A stretch of 64,000 nt of DNA from Eledone cirrhosa (lineage: Eukaryota), in assembly GCA_964016885.1 (NCBI GenBank), contig OZ024744.1, positions 112,406,001-112,470,000 on the forward strand, in the 5' to 3' direction. Positions 1-12,360 of this stretch are shown piece after piece. The stretch's first letter is position 1. Each line of letters starts with the position of its first letter. The notes below the pieces were generated by a model. The model saw nothing but the letters and a program-made list of their open reading frames with translations. It did no database searches and was not told where the DNA came from. The translations under genes and the position numbers were made by a program.

Positions 1-1099
1 TATATAGCCTAGGTCAATTGTTGTAGTTTATATAGTCCTAGGTCAATTGTTGTTTATATAGCCTCAGGTCAATTGTTGTTTATATAGCCCTAGGTCAATT
101 GTTGTAGTTTATATAGCCCTAGGTCAATTGTTGTAGTTTATATAGCCTAGGTCAATTGTTGTAGTTTATATAGTCCTAGGTCAATTGTTGTAGTTTATAT
201 AGCCCTAGGTCAATTGTTGTAGTTTATATAGCCCTAGGTCAATTGTTGTAGTTTATATAGCCCTAGGTCAATTGTTGTAGTTTATATAGCCCTAGGTCAA
301 TTGTTGTAGTTTATATAGCCCTAGGTCAATTGTTGTAGTTTATATAGCCCTAGGTCAATTGTTGTAGTTTATATAGCCCTAGGTCAATTGTTGTAGTTTA
401 TATAGCCCTAGGTCAATTGTTGTAGTTTATATAGCCTAGGTCAATTGTTGTAGTTTATATAGTCCTAGGTCAATTGTTGTTTATATAGCCTCAGGTCAAT
501 TGTTGTTTATATAGCCCTAGGTCAATTGTTGTAGTTTATATAGCCCTAGGTCAATTGTTGTAGTTTATATAGCCTAGGTCAATTGTTGTAGTTTATATAG
601 TCCTAGGTCAATTGTTGTAGTTTATATAGCCCTAGGTCAATTGTTGTAGTTTATATAGCCCTAGGTCATTTGTTGTAGTTTATATAGCCCTAGGTCAATT
701 GTAGTTTATATAGCCCTAGGTCAATCGTTGTAGTTTATATAGTCCTAGGTCAATTGTTGTAGTTTATATAGCCTCAGGTCAATTGTTGTTTATATAGCCC
801 TAGGTCAATTGTTGTAGTTTATATAGTCCTAGGTCAATTGTTGTAGTTTATATAGTCCTAGGTCAATTGTTGTAGTTTATATAGCCCTAGGTCAATTGTT
901 GTAGTTTATATAGCCCTAGGTCAATTGTTGTAGTTTATATAGCCCTAGGTCAATTGTTGTAATTTATATAGCCCTAGGTCAATTGTTGTAGTTTATATAG
1001 CCCTAGGTCAATCGTTGTAGTTTATATAGCCCTAGGTCAATTGTTGTAGTTTATATAGCCCTAGGTCAATCGTTGTAGTTTATATAGCCCTAGGTCAAT
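1..1099. repeat. 29-bp minisatellite (TATATAGCCCTAGGTCAATTGTTGTAGTT), continues past window start
   Basis: Unit recurs every 29 bp (e.g. TCAATTG at 181 and 210). A block of variant units at 1 recurs at 428. Confidence 0.97.
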
Positions 1100-1668
1100 C
1101 TCAAACGAGGCAGCAACCTGTTGTGTTCAACAAATGTTGCCAACCAGGACAAGTCATCGAGTCTTACATAGTTTTAGACATAGTGTGTCTGGAACTTAAC
1201 CAAACACTTCATTTCTCATTTTAAAGATGTTTTTAAATGAACTCTTAAACATCCTGTTATGATTTAGAAAAAAAATATTTTAAAACGAGTTTATAAAAAC
1301 AAATATTCATGTCTTTACTAGTAGAGTAGTCATTGTGAACATTTGCAGCATTAAAATAAAAACTTCAAGTGTTGTTTTGTACTTTTCCAAGAGTGTCTTT
1401 GCTAACGTGGTTTCAGGACATTAAGCATTAAAGACAGACTTGAGAGAGAGAGATATGTGCTGCTATTTCTACAAATTCGAGGCGACCATTCAGAGGATCC
1501 CCACTTTTTTTTGTGGTTGAGAGGATGGTCGATAGTAATTTAGGATTATCGATGTAGTTAGTGGGTACGGGTGGGTGTTTAGCAGAGCCGAGTGGGTAGA
1601 TGGATAGGTAATATTATTAAACAGTTGTTAAATAGGATAAACACAGATCTGACTACTAAATTAGAAAA

Positions 1669-1841
1669 TAATCGGTAGAGAGTCGGACGCCACGCTTTGA
1701 CGCATATGACGCAATGCCCTTGCCATTCTGAGTTCAAATCCCGCAGAGGTTAACTTTGCCTTTCATCCTTACGGGGTCGATAAAATAAAGTACCAGTAAT
1801 GCACTGGGTGGTTGCTGGCCTTGTGCAAAAACATAGAAACA
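1669..1841 (+). mobile_element. tRNA-derived SINE, family S1 (5'-truncated) between 56-bp direct repeats
   Basis: B-box-like GAGTTCAAATCC, shared body CTTTGCCTTTCATCC...GATAAAATAAAGTACCAG, tail GAAACAATTAT. Flanks 1613-1668 and 1842-1897 differ at 2 positions. Confidence 0.85.
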
Positions 1842-2049
1842 ATTATTAAACAGTTGTCAAATAGGATAAACATAGATCTGACTACTAAATTAGAAAACAC
1901 AACACCTCAAACAACAAAAGACAAAAAAAAAACATCAGGCAAGAAAACAGGATGAAAGAGTATACATATGTATGCATATATGTGTGTATAGTCATTATAT
2001 ATAATGTTGAAGATTTATATATATACATGTATATACATGTATATATATC

Positions 2050-2356
2050 TTCATCATCATCATCATCACCGTTTTACGTCCGTTCTTCCACGCTAGCATG
2101 GGTTAGACGGGTTGTCCTGTTGTGTGCAGTGTCTGGTCGGCTGACCATGCCTTGCTCATACAGGAACTGATCTAACACCAACCTCATTTACAGTGAGTGC
2201 TGGGTGCTTTTTCGTGGCGCCTACACGTCGACTTTACAGTGTCGGCTGGGTGCTTTTTTACCGTGGCACCTCCACGACCACCTTGCGGTGGGGGGTGTGG
2301 GGGCATATTGTTTATATGCTTCAGCATGTACCCATGGGACGTCGGGTACTCTGTAT
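2050..2356 (-). mobile_element. RTE LINE 3' UTR fragment (family B, internally deleted)
   Basis: Reverse complement of the 3' end of the RTE at 45148-45487, including the (GAT)n tail. Confidence 0.9.
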
Positions 2357-2393
2357 ATATATATATATTTAATTATATAACAAACGACACAAT

Positions 2394-2475
2394 ATAATTA
2401 TTCCATTACCAAAGGTTTAAGAGACTAGACGATTCTTACAAAAACGTCCAGCTCATTCATCAGATAAAATTGTTA
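2394..2475 (-). ncRNA. Decayed type-I hammerhead ribozyme (family H1)
   Basis: Minus strand reads ATTTTAT-CTGATGA-long stem II-(G missing)AAA-CCTTTGG-TA-ATGGAAT. Homologous to 10111-10195. Confidence 0.7.
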
Positions 2476-2489
2476 TGACTATATATTAT

Positions 2490-2727
2490 AGATAATATAC
2501 ATACACATACATATCTACATATACATACATATATATATATACATAAATATATATATACATAGACATACATACATATATATACGTACATAGACATACATAT
2601 ATATATATATATATACATAGACATACATATATATATATATACATAGACATACATATATATATATACATACATTCATACATATATATATATATATACATAG
2701 ACATACATATATATATATACATACATT

Positions 2728-2763
<36 letters not shown>

Positions 2764-3300
2764 CATTCATATATATATATACATATACATACATTCATAT
2801 ATATATATATACATATACATACATACATTCATATATATATATACATATACATACATTCATATATATATATATACATATACATACATTCATATATATATAT
2901 ATACATATACATACATACATTCATATATATATATACATATACATACATTCATATATATATATATACATATACATACATTCATATATATATATACACATAT
3001 ACATACATTCATATATATATATATATATACATAGACATACATATATATATATATATACATAGACATACATATATATATATACATAGACATACATATATAT
3101 ATATATATATACATAGACATACATATATATATATATACAGAGACATACATATATATATATATACAGAGACATACATATATATATATATACATAGACATAC
3201 ATATATATATATATACATAGACATACATACATATATATATATATACATACATTCATACATATATATATATATACATACATTCATATATATATATATACAT

Positions 3301-3333
<33 letters not shown>

Positions 3334-3535
3334 CATTCATATATATATATATATATACATATACATTCATATATATATATATATATACATATACATACAT
3401 TCATATATATATATATACATATACATACATTCATATATATATATACATACATTCATATATATATATACATACATTCATATATATATATACATACATTCAT
3501 ATATATATATACATACAATCATCTATATACATACA
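2490..3535. repeat. Compound (TA)n/CATA microsatellite
   Basis: Units such as CATACATT(CA)(TA)n and CATAGA; low complexity. Confidence 0.95.
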
Positions 3536-4060
3536 ATCATCATCACCATCACCATCATCATTATCATCATCATCAACGTTTAACGTCCGTGTTCCACGCT
3601 TGCATGGGTTTGGACGGGGGTAGTCCCACTTGAGGCAAGAGTGATTGTCTTGCTCGCATAGGACTGTCTGGCGGGTTTTCTACAGTTGGATGCCCTTCCT
3701 AACACCAACCACATTTACAGTGTGGGTCTGGGAGGTTTTTACCGTGTTGCCTACACGGCCACATTACAGCGTGGACTGTGTGTTTTTTTGTCGTGACACC
3801 TACACGATCTCATTTGTTTCGGCCTGGATGGTGTGGCACCAACATAACTTTACATAGAACGGGGTGGTGTGGATGGGGTGGGTGGTGGTGGTGGGACGGG
3901 GTGTATTTTGTTAGAGATGCCTACTGGCTGGAGTAGGTTTTACTATGTATTTAGGTAAGGCGGGTCTTCTCTGTTACTGAGTACCGCCAAAGGTCTCGGT
4001 CCAGTGACATTGTCTTGGAGAGGTGTAAGTGTGTGATGTCGGAGTTTATCAGCTCGTCCA
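3536..4060 (-). mobile_element. RTE LINE 3' end (family A), one 112-bp UTR unit
   Basis: Reverse complement of about 12780-13388; encodes ORF end WDELINSD...EKTRLT; (CAT)n tail. Confidence 0.92.
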
Positions 4061-4805
4061 TTCATATATATATATACATACATTCATATATATATATATA
4101 CATACATTCATATATATATATATATACATTCATATATATATATACATACATTCATATATATATGTACATACATTCATATATATATATACATACATTCATA
4201 TATATATATACATACATTCATATATATATATATATACATACATTCATATATATATATACATACATTCATATATATATATATATACATACATTCATATATA
4301 TATATACATACATTCATATATATATATATATACATACATTCATATATATATATACATACATTCATATATATATACATACATTCCTATATATATATATATA
4401 CATATACATACATTCATATATATATACATACATTCATATATATATATATATATACATACATACATTCATATATATATATACATACATACATTCATATATA
4501 TAAATATATACATACATACATACATTCATATATATAAATATATACATACATACATACATTCATATATATAAATATATACATACATACATACATTCATATA
4601 TATAAATATATACATACATTCATTCATATATATATATATATATACATACATACATTCATATATATATATATATATATATATACATACATTCATATATATA
4701 TATATACATTCATATATATATATATATACATACATTTATATATATATATATATATACATACATTTATATATATATATACATACATTTATATATATATATA
4801 CATAC

Positions 4806-4848
<43 letters not shown>

Positions 4849-5215
4849 CATTCATATATATATATATATATATACATACATACATTCATATATATATATA
4901 TACATACATACATTTCTATATATATATATATATACATACATTTATATATATATATATATATACATACATTTATATATATATATATATATACATACATTTA
5001 TATATATATATATATATACATTTATATATATATATATATATACATACATTTATATATATATATATATATATACATACATTTATATATATATATATATATA
5101 CATACATTTATATATATATATATATATACATACATTTATATATATATATATATATACATTTATATATATATATATATATACATACATTTATATATATATA
5201 TATATATATACATAC

Positions 5216-5272
<57 letters not shown>

Positions 5273-5993
5273 CATTCATATATATATATATATATATACA
5301 TACATACATTCATATATATATATACATACATACATTCATATATATATATATACATACATACATTCATATATATATATATATATACATACATTCATATATA
5401 TATATATCTATATATACATACATACATTCATATATATATATATATACATACATACATTCATATATATATATACATATATACATACATACATTCATATATA
5501 TATATATATACATATATACATTCATATATATATATACATACATTCATATATATATATACATACATTCATATATATACATACATTCATATATATACATACA
5601 TTCATATATATATATATACATACATTCATACATATATATACATATATATACATACATTCATACATATATATACATACATTCATACATATATATACATACA
5701 TTCATACATATATATACATACATTCATACATATATACATACTTACATATGCATACATATAAATATACATGTACATATATATACATACATATATACATACA
5801 TATATATATATACACATACATATATATATATACACATACATATATACATACATATATATATATATACACATACATATATACATACATATATATATATACA
5901 CATATATATATATACATGCATAGACATATATACATACATATATACATACATACATACATATATACATATACATATATATATATATACATACAC

Positions 5994-6028
<35 letters not shown>

Positions 6029-6035
6029 CATACAT
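4061..6035. repeat. Compound (TA)n/CATACATT microsatellite
   Basis: Direct inspection. Confidence 0.95.
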
Positions 6036-6499
6036 GGTGGCTGCCAACTCGTTTTCGAGTACGGCCACTACTTTATATCCATGTAGGAGAACTCCTACCG
6101 ATGTGCTGAACAAGTGTGACTTTTTAGTCCAGCCAGCGACTTAAAAACTCTGGTACAAACACTACAGTTGTGACAATTATTGACACATAGTGCTGGGCCC
6201 ATGGTACCATGTGACGACAAGTGCAGAGAGATCTCCAGATATAAAGCAATGCCTGTGCCGTGAAGCTTTTATAGTGAGCAAAGCCAGTCCCACTCTCTTA
6301 ACCAAGATGATATTTACCAAAAAGAAGAACAAGTCAACATCATTGGATACCATCAGGGTTGCAGGTGTTATATCAGAGTTTTCCTCCTCCTAGAATTCTG
6401 CCTTGACAAAGGCTAAGGGGTCATCTCTCCCGGACATACATATATATATATATACATATATATAGTAATAATAATAAATTTGAAGACTAAAATCCAAAG

Positions 6500-6680
6500 A
6501 GGGCTCGATAAAGATAAATATATATCAAATATATAAGAATCATAGAGCAAATATTTATTAAAATTAAAATAACAGTTTAAAGTTTAAGCAAAGAATCGCT
6601 GCTTTCACTCTTAACGGGATCTTCTGAAACTAACAAAGTCAATCTGTGAACGCAGAAGTAAATATTTAAAAAAACGTTGC
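6500..6680 (+). mobile_element. Non-autonomous Helitron fragment (3' subterminal piece joined to inverted internal arm)
   Basis: Matches the reverse complement of about 11855-12055, minus the terminal hairpin/CTAG. Confidence 0.75.
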
Positions 6681-6866
6681 AACCGAAGGAAGACAGGAAG
6701 ACAATACTTTGGCTCATGGAAACGTTCCCTGGCAAAGAACGGAAAAAAACGAGGATAATACGTCACTACTTGGAGCGGTGAAAACAATTACACGCAAAGA
6801 CAAAACCACGTTTATGGCATAAATGGAGTCATAGACCAACATTCTATTAGGTGGTTCATGGAGACG

Positions 6867-6955
6867 TTCTCTGGCAATGAACGGAAAAAACGAAGATAAT
6901 ACATCATTATGTTAATGACGTATTATCCTCGTTTCTTCCGTTCATTGCCAGAGAA
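6867..6955. repeat. 43-bp-arm inverted repeat with 3-nt loop
   Basis: Arms 6867-6909 and 6913-6955 have 3 mismatches. A diverged direct copy lies at about 6712-6768. Confidence 0.9.
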
Positions 6956-6959
6956 AGTC

Positions 6960-8895
6960 ACCTATTTTCACTGATAAAATAGAATACCACAGGGGTATAT
7001 TTCAGGGAGACAGTCTCTCTGTCATTAAACCCCTTGTCCTTTCTGCTCAAGAAATGTGAAGGATACATCATTGGCTCACAGGACAGAAATACGAACCTAA
7101 CCCATAATTTCTTTGTGGACAATCTGAAACTCTATGCCAAGAACATGGATGGGATGAAGAAAAATCTTGACTTGTTTACAACATTCTCAAAGGATATGGA
7201 AATGGAGTTTGGCCAAGATAAATGTTCATTTATGACTGCAAAGCGGGGTAAAACAACAACCCAATCTAGCAACATTGTCATCAATGGCCTAACTGTTTCA
7301 CCGATATCTGATGAGGACTGCTACAGATACCTGGGGATAGATGAGAACATATCCTATAATGGTATCTGCAATAAGGAACGCGTAACCAATATTACACTCG
7401 ATTAAGAAAAATATGGTCATCGGAACTCTCCACGCACAATAAAACAGTGGCTCACAATGTGTTCGCTGTGCCTGTCCTAACACAAACGTTTGGAATACTC
7501 GATTGGATGATAGACGAAATCCGAGCAATTGATGTTAGGACTCGAAAAATACAAAACAACACCGAAAACTTCCATATCAACAGTGACATAGACCACCTTT
7601 ACTTGAAACGTAAGCAGGAGGCAGGAGCCCAACATCAGTCCAGACAGCATTTGAATGTTGCATCATATCCCTCCGACATCATCTATGAACCTCAAAGCGT
7701 AGGAGCCAGTCTTTCAAGCAAGTCTATCTGCATGAAACAGATAAGATCATGAGAGTTGGGAAGGAACTCCTCGAGAGATATTCCCAGTGTGATAATCAAA
7801 ATCTCACACCCAGGGAAGTCGTTCAGCAGTATCGCAGTGAATCCATGGATGAAAAACTGCATGCTTACCAGCAAAAAATCTTTCATGGATATGTTGCCAG
7901 GAGGCTCCAGAGTGAGAGTAATATAGATAAGGAAAGTAGTCTATCTTGGACCAACAACCGCTATACTGGCTCCCACTTTAAAGGATACGCTTTTGCAATC
8001 CAAGAACAGGAAATTAACACGAAATACCTGATTTACAAAAGAGATAGGGATGCAGGCAAAACACCTAGATGTGATAACAAGTGCAGACTCTGCAGAATTA
8101 ACATCGAAGATGTAACCCATGTCATCAGCAGCTGTCCAAAGATGTCATCGCGGTACTATCTACCTATGAGGCATGATGTAGTGGCCAAAACACTGTACAA
8201 TGCAATCCGTAGAAAAGATAGCCCCGATAATAAACACATTAAAAGCTACAGCAATGTGGAAGACATCCATATACATAATATGAAAGAGTACTGGTGGAAT
8301 GTTCCAGTAAAAACCCCAATAAAATGCAGGCATAACAGACCAGATATTATGATATGAGACAAGAAAAGAAGGCATGCACAGTAGTGGAAGTTAGCTACCC
8401 AGCAGATGCCAATATAATATCAAAGAATAGTGAAAATGAGAATATTTATACAGAACTAATGAGAAATCTGCAGATACTCCACCCTGACTATACCTTCAGA
8501 TTTATGCCTGTGATTATTGGGGCACTGGGATATGTTAGTAACTGCCTCAATACAAATCTTGAGAAGCTAGGCTTCACAGGAACAGAAAGAACACAACTAG
8601 TTAGGAAACTACAAGTACAATCCATTAATGGAACAGTAAAAATATGTAAAACATTCCAAAAATGTTGCATCTAATAACTGCATATACACATGTACAGATA
8701 GAAAGTATAGGCACATGCACACAAACAACTCAAAACATACAATAACATCCATACCTGCACACACATGCATGCAGACAGACATACATATCTACCTAGTTGA
8801 TGTTGTGTAAATTTCAATGAGAGAGTCTTATGTCTATGTTAGAAACTGACTCTCTCTCTATTGGTAAACATTTGTGAAATTATAAAACCAGGAGA
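6960..8895 (+). pseudogene. 5'-truncated RLE-type non-LTR retrotransposon (R4/Dong-like): RT, CCHC knuckle, PD-(D/E)xK endonuclease; frameshifted
   Basis: GIFQGDSLS, FFVDNLKLY, FSKDMEMEFGQDKC, YRYLG, CRLC..H.ISSC, RHD, NRPDI..EV, PVIIGALG across ORFs 7034-8674. 3' UTR runs to about 8895, then a TA/CATA repeat. Confidence 0.88.
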
Positions 8896-8916
8896 ATATA
8901 CATACATATATATATA

Positions 8917-9795
8917 CAGGGTGTGGACGATATTTGTTCGCAATTTTCAACTGCTAATTTTATGCAAATTTTTTTTTCTTCCGTCATCACTCTTGTCTTC
9001 ATAAAAACAGTGACTATATTTCCATTATTTATTTTCAAAATAATTGATTATGAATAATTTTGAACCTCCAAATTTGAGGAAGAGACACAGAGTTCTTCTT
9101 GGAATCCGCGCCGGGAGGACAAATAAGGAAATTTCAGACTTTCTCAGTGTCAACAGGAGAATGGTGGAAAAGGTCAGAAAGGAATTGGAAGATTCAGGAT
9201 TCGACTACGAAGCAACATCAGAGAGGAAAACACATGATCGACGATCTGACACCTTCAGAACGCCCGAGTTCGTCGCTGAAGTTCAGGATATCATCAACAA
9301 TGAACCTAGCAAGTCGATACATGCCATTGCAAGGGAGAAAGGCGTGGATGAAAAGCTCATTAGGCTGGTGGTACATGAAGACATTCTCTACGTTTCATAC
9401 AAGATGAGGCAAGGACAATTTCTGTCAAAGGCGATGCAAGAAAAGCGACTGAAGCACGCAAAGAAGCTGATCAACAAGTTGAAACACCCACTGGAGCCAG
9501 ACATGCTGTTGTTTTTCTCTGACGAGAAAAACTTCTGCCAAGACCAGAAGATCAATTCCCAGAACAGGTGGCTCGCTGTCTCATCCAAAGACGTGCCCAG
9601 AGTCATGCAGACAAAGTTTCCAGCGACAACATTGGTCTTAGGTGTCGTCGGCAGTCAAGGTGACATCATGCCACCTCACTTCTTCCCTGAGGGCCTCAAG
9701 CTGAACACCGATGGCTACATCCGCGTTCTGAGTGAGGTAGTAAAGCCCTGGATCGACCAGGTAGCTGCAGGTAGGCCGTACGTGTGGCAGCAGGG
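8917..9795 (+). mobile_element. Tc1/mariner-superfamily transposon (maT/DD37D-like), 3'-truncated
   Basis: TA|CAGGGTG left end. ORF from about 9050 has an HTH, FSDEKNF (first Asp) and VKPW...YVWQQ, and is cut just before the second catalytic Asp. Confidence 0.85.
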
Positions 9796-9825
9796 AAAAG
9801 TGGACGTAAAATGTGATGATGATAT

Positions 9826-10101
9826 AAAGTCTTAAGTCTGTCTCACGTTTGGAGGCTCATGAGGCCGGCATTTGACCCAGTTTCTGTGGCATGAAACGAC
9901 AGAGCACAAGACTACCCCCTGGACAGGATGCCAGTCCATTGCAGGTTTAAATCACCAGCTATTGCTGGTACTCATTTTCAGCTAAGTTCACTGGAGCAAT
10001 GAGAAATGAGATGTTTTTTGTTCAAGAATCAAAGTCCAGGAATCAAACCCACATTATGATCATAAGACCAACACCCTTACCACTAGGCCATGTGGCTCCA
10101 C
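9826..10101 (-). mobile_element. tRNA-derived SINE, family S2
   Basis: Minus strand has A-box TGGCCTAGTGG, B-box GGTTTGATTCC and core AAATGAGTACC...GCATCCTGTCCAGGGG. Confidence 0.8.
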
Positions 10102-10110
10102 ATATAAATG

Positions 10111-10195
10111 ATAATTGTTTAATCTGACAAATGAGCTGGATGTTTCTTGCAAGAATCATCTAGTTTCTTGAAACCTTCGGTAATGAAATAATTAT
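10111..10195 (+). ncRNA. Decayed type-I hammerhead ribozyme (family H1)
   Basis: ATAATTGTTTAAT-CTGACAA (G8 lost)-long stem II-GAAA-CCTTCGG-TA-ATGAAATAATTAT. Confidence 0.72.
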
Positions 10196-10254
10196 ATTGT
10201 GTTGTTTATTATGTAATTATATATATACATACATATGTACACACACACACACAC

Positions 10255-10286
<32 letters not shown>

Positions 10287-10289
<3 letters not shown>

Positions 10290-10477
10290 CGGTGGATTAG
10301 CAGTATTGGTAGAGAGTCGGACACCATGCTTTGAAGCATAGGGTTACGTCCCTTTATGATCTGAGTTCAAATCCCACCGAGGTTAACTTTGCCTTTCATC
10401 CTTACGAGGTCGATAAAATAAAGTACCAGTAATACACTGGGTAATTGCTGGCTTTGTGCCAAAAGTAGAAACAATTA
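10287..10477 (+). mobile_element. SINE S1, near full length, in (TA)n
   Basis: GGCGGTGGATTAGCAG head, B-box, GAAACAATTAT tail. Confidence 0.88.
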
Positions 10478-10489
10478 TATATATATATA

Positions 10490-10644
10490 CTGACTCTTTA
10501 TGTTCTGATTTCAAATCCCTTTCATTCTTCCAGGGGTCAATTAGATAAAGTTCCAGTTTAGTACTGGGGGTCTATGTAATCAACTAACTCCATCCTCTTC
10601 TGAAATTCCTAACATTGTGATCCTTATGTTAGAAATATTATAAT
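10490..10644 (+). mobile_element. Degenerate S1-related SINE
   Basis: TTCAAATCC, TTTCATTCTTCCAGGGGTC, CCAG...GTACTGGGG motifs. Confidence 0.6.
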
Positions 10645-10828
10645 TGTTTCTACTTTAGGCACAAGGCCAGCAATTACCCAGTACATTACTGGTACTTTAT
10701 TTTATCGACCCCGTAAGGATGAAAGGCAAAGTTAACCTCAGCAGGATTTGAACTCAGACCGTAAAGGGACGTAACTATGCTAGAAAGTATGGCGTCCAAC
10801 CCTCTACTGATACTGCCAATTCACTGCC
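10645..10828 (-). mobile_element. SINE S1 with 19-bp TSD
   Basis: TSD ATGTTAGAAATATTATAAT at 10626-10644 and 10829-10847. Confidence 0.9.
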
Positions 10829-10919
10829 ATGTTAGAAATATTATAATGACAGAATTGTAATGCTTTGTTGTGCTATTAAATTAGACATAGCCTGGGCCCA
10901 GTACTGGCCGAAAGTTATA

Positions 10920-11333
10920 GTTGTGGCCCTATACATTCTGATTTAAATCCTGCCATGGTCAACTTTGCCTTTCATCCTTCTGGATATGATCGACGTCCCC
11001 CCTCCCACCAATTTAAAAGTCTCGTGCCATTGTTAGAAATAATTATTATGGAGTGGTGGCAGTATCGAAAGAGTAGTTGGATAACCTGTTTTGCCGCATT
11101 TAGTTATGGTCTTTTACTTTCTGAATTCAAACTTTGTTGAGGTCACAAAGTACCGCTTTCCGCCTCCCTACAAACTGTTAGCCTAAGAAACTATTAATTT
11201 TTAATGTATTATCAACAGAAACATTTATGGTATTTAAAGTGGTTGGTGTTAAGAATGGCAAGGTGAGCTTCTCTAATGTGGGACAACCTGACCAACCCAT
11301 GTCAGTATGGAAAGTAGACATAAAATGATGATG
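10920..11333 (+). mobile_element. Cluster of degenerate SINE/RTE-tail fragments
   Basis: GGTCAACTTTGCCTTTCATCC; CCAACCCATG..TGGAAAGTAGACATAAAATGATGATG tail. Confidence 0.55.
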
Positions 11334-11617
11334 GTTTTGTAGAAGGAATTTACTAAAATCTTACACTTATCTATATATCTAAAACAGAGAATGTCCGTCT
11401 GTCTGTCTGTCTGTCTCCCTAAAGCTCGAGAACCACCCAACCGATTGTTTTCAAATTTTACACATGTAATACTTAGTTTTGTAGAAGGAATTTACTAAAA
11501 TCTTACACTTATCTATATATCTAAAACAGAGAATGTCCGTCTGTCTGTCTGTCTGTCTCCCTAAAGCTCGAGAACCACCCAACCGATTGTTTTCAAATTT
11601 TACACATGTAATACTTA
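11334..11617. repeat. Perfect 142-bp tandem duplication spanning a Helitron 5' junction
   Basis: 11334-11475 is identical to 11476-11617. Confidence 0.95.
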
Positions 11618-11811
11618 TGGTCCTGTGAGTGTTTTGAGCAAAAAGTATTTCAATTTTTCCATGCCCTAGGGACTGCATTAGGCGATTTAGCGATCTCTCT
11701 CTATCTTTCTTAGTCTTTCTTTTTAGATAGATACATAGATATAACGTTGTGCCCTTATAATATCTGTCTGTACGTCTGGCTGTCTGCATTACAACATTAT
11801 GACGCTATCTC

Positions 11812-11842
<31 letters not shown>

Positions 11843-12360
11843 ATATATAGTGTGTAACGTTTTTCAAAATATTTACTTCTGCGTTCACAGACTGTTTTTT
11901 TTTAGTTTCAGAAGATCCCGTTAAGGGTGAAAGCAGCGATTCTTTGCTTAAACTTTAATCTGTTATTTTAATATATACTAGCAGAATGGCCCGGCGTTGC
12001 TCGGGATTTGCTCTAGGGTTCTTATATATTTGATATATATTTATCCTTATCAGGCTTCATGAAATAAATACGTTTATTTATATTTTGTTATTGTGTATGC
12101 AAAAATATCTGTACACGAATATATAAATAACGGTACAGAGAAGTACGTAATACCTCGGCCTCGGGTTGGTGTCTACATTTTGTGCTTATAAAACAAATCG
12201 ATTGTACATTACCAGGGTTTTTTTCCGTTCAAAGAAAATCAATACTTTATCGCAAAATAAATACTTTTGTTTATATGTGTATGCAAAAATATCTGTACAC
12301 GAAGATATAATTATATATATACATATATGCTCTGAAAGTACAATTATATATATACATATA

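Noticed and set aside
1-1099. CRISPR-like 29-bp repeat with palindromes
   Set aside because: Head-to-tail units without unique spacers, no cas genes, animal context.
2460-6113. Tyr/Ile-rich ORFs (also 20991-22909 and 25017-27685)
   Set aside because: Translations of (TA)n/(CA)n microsatellites.
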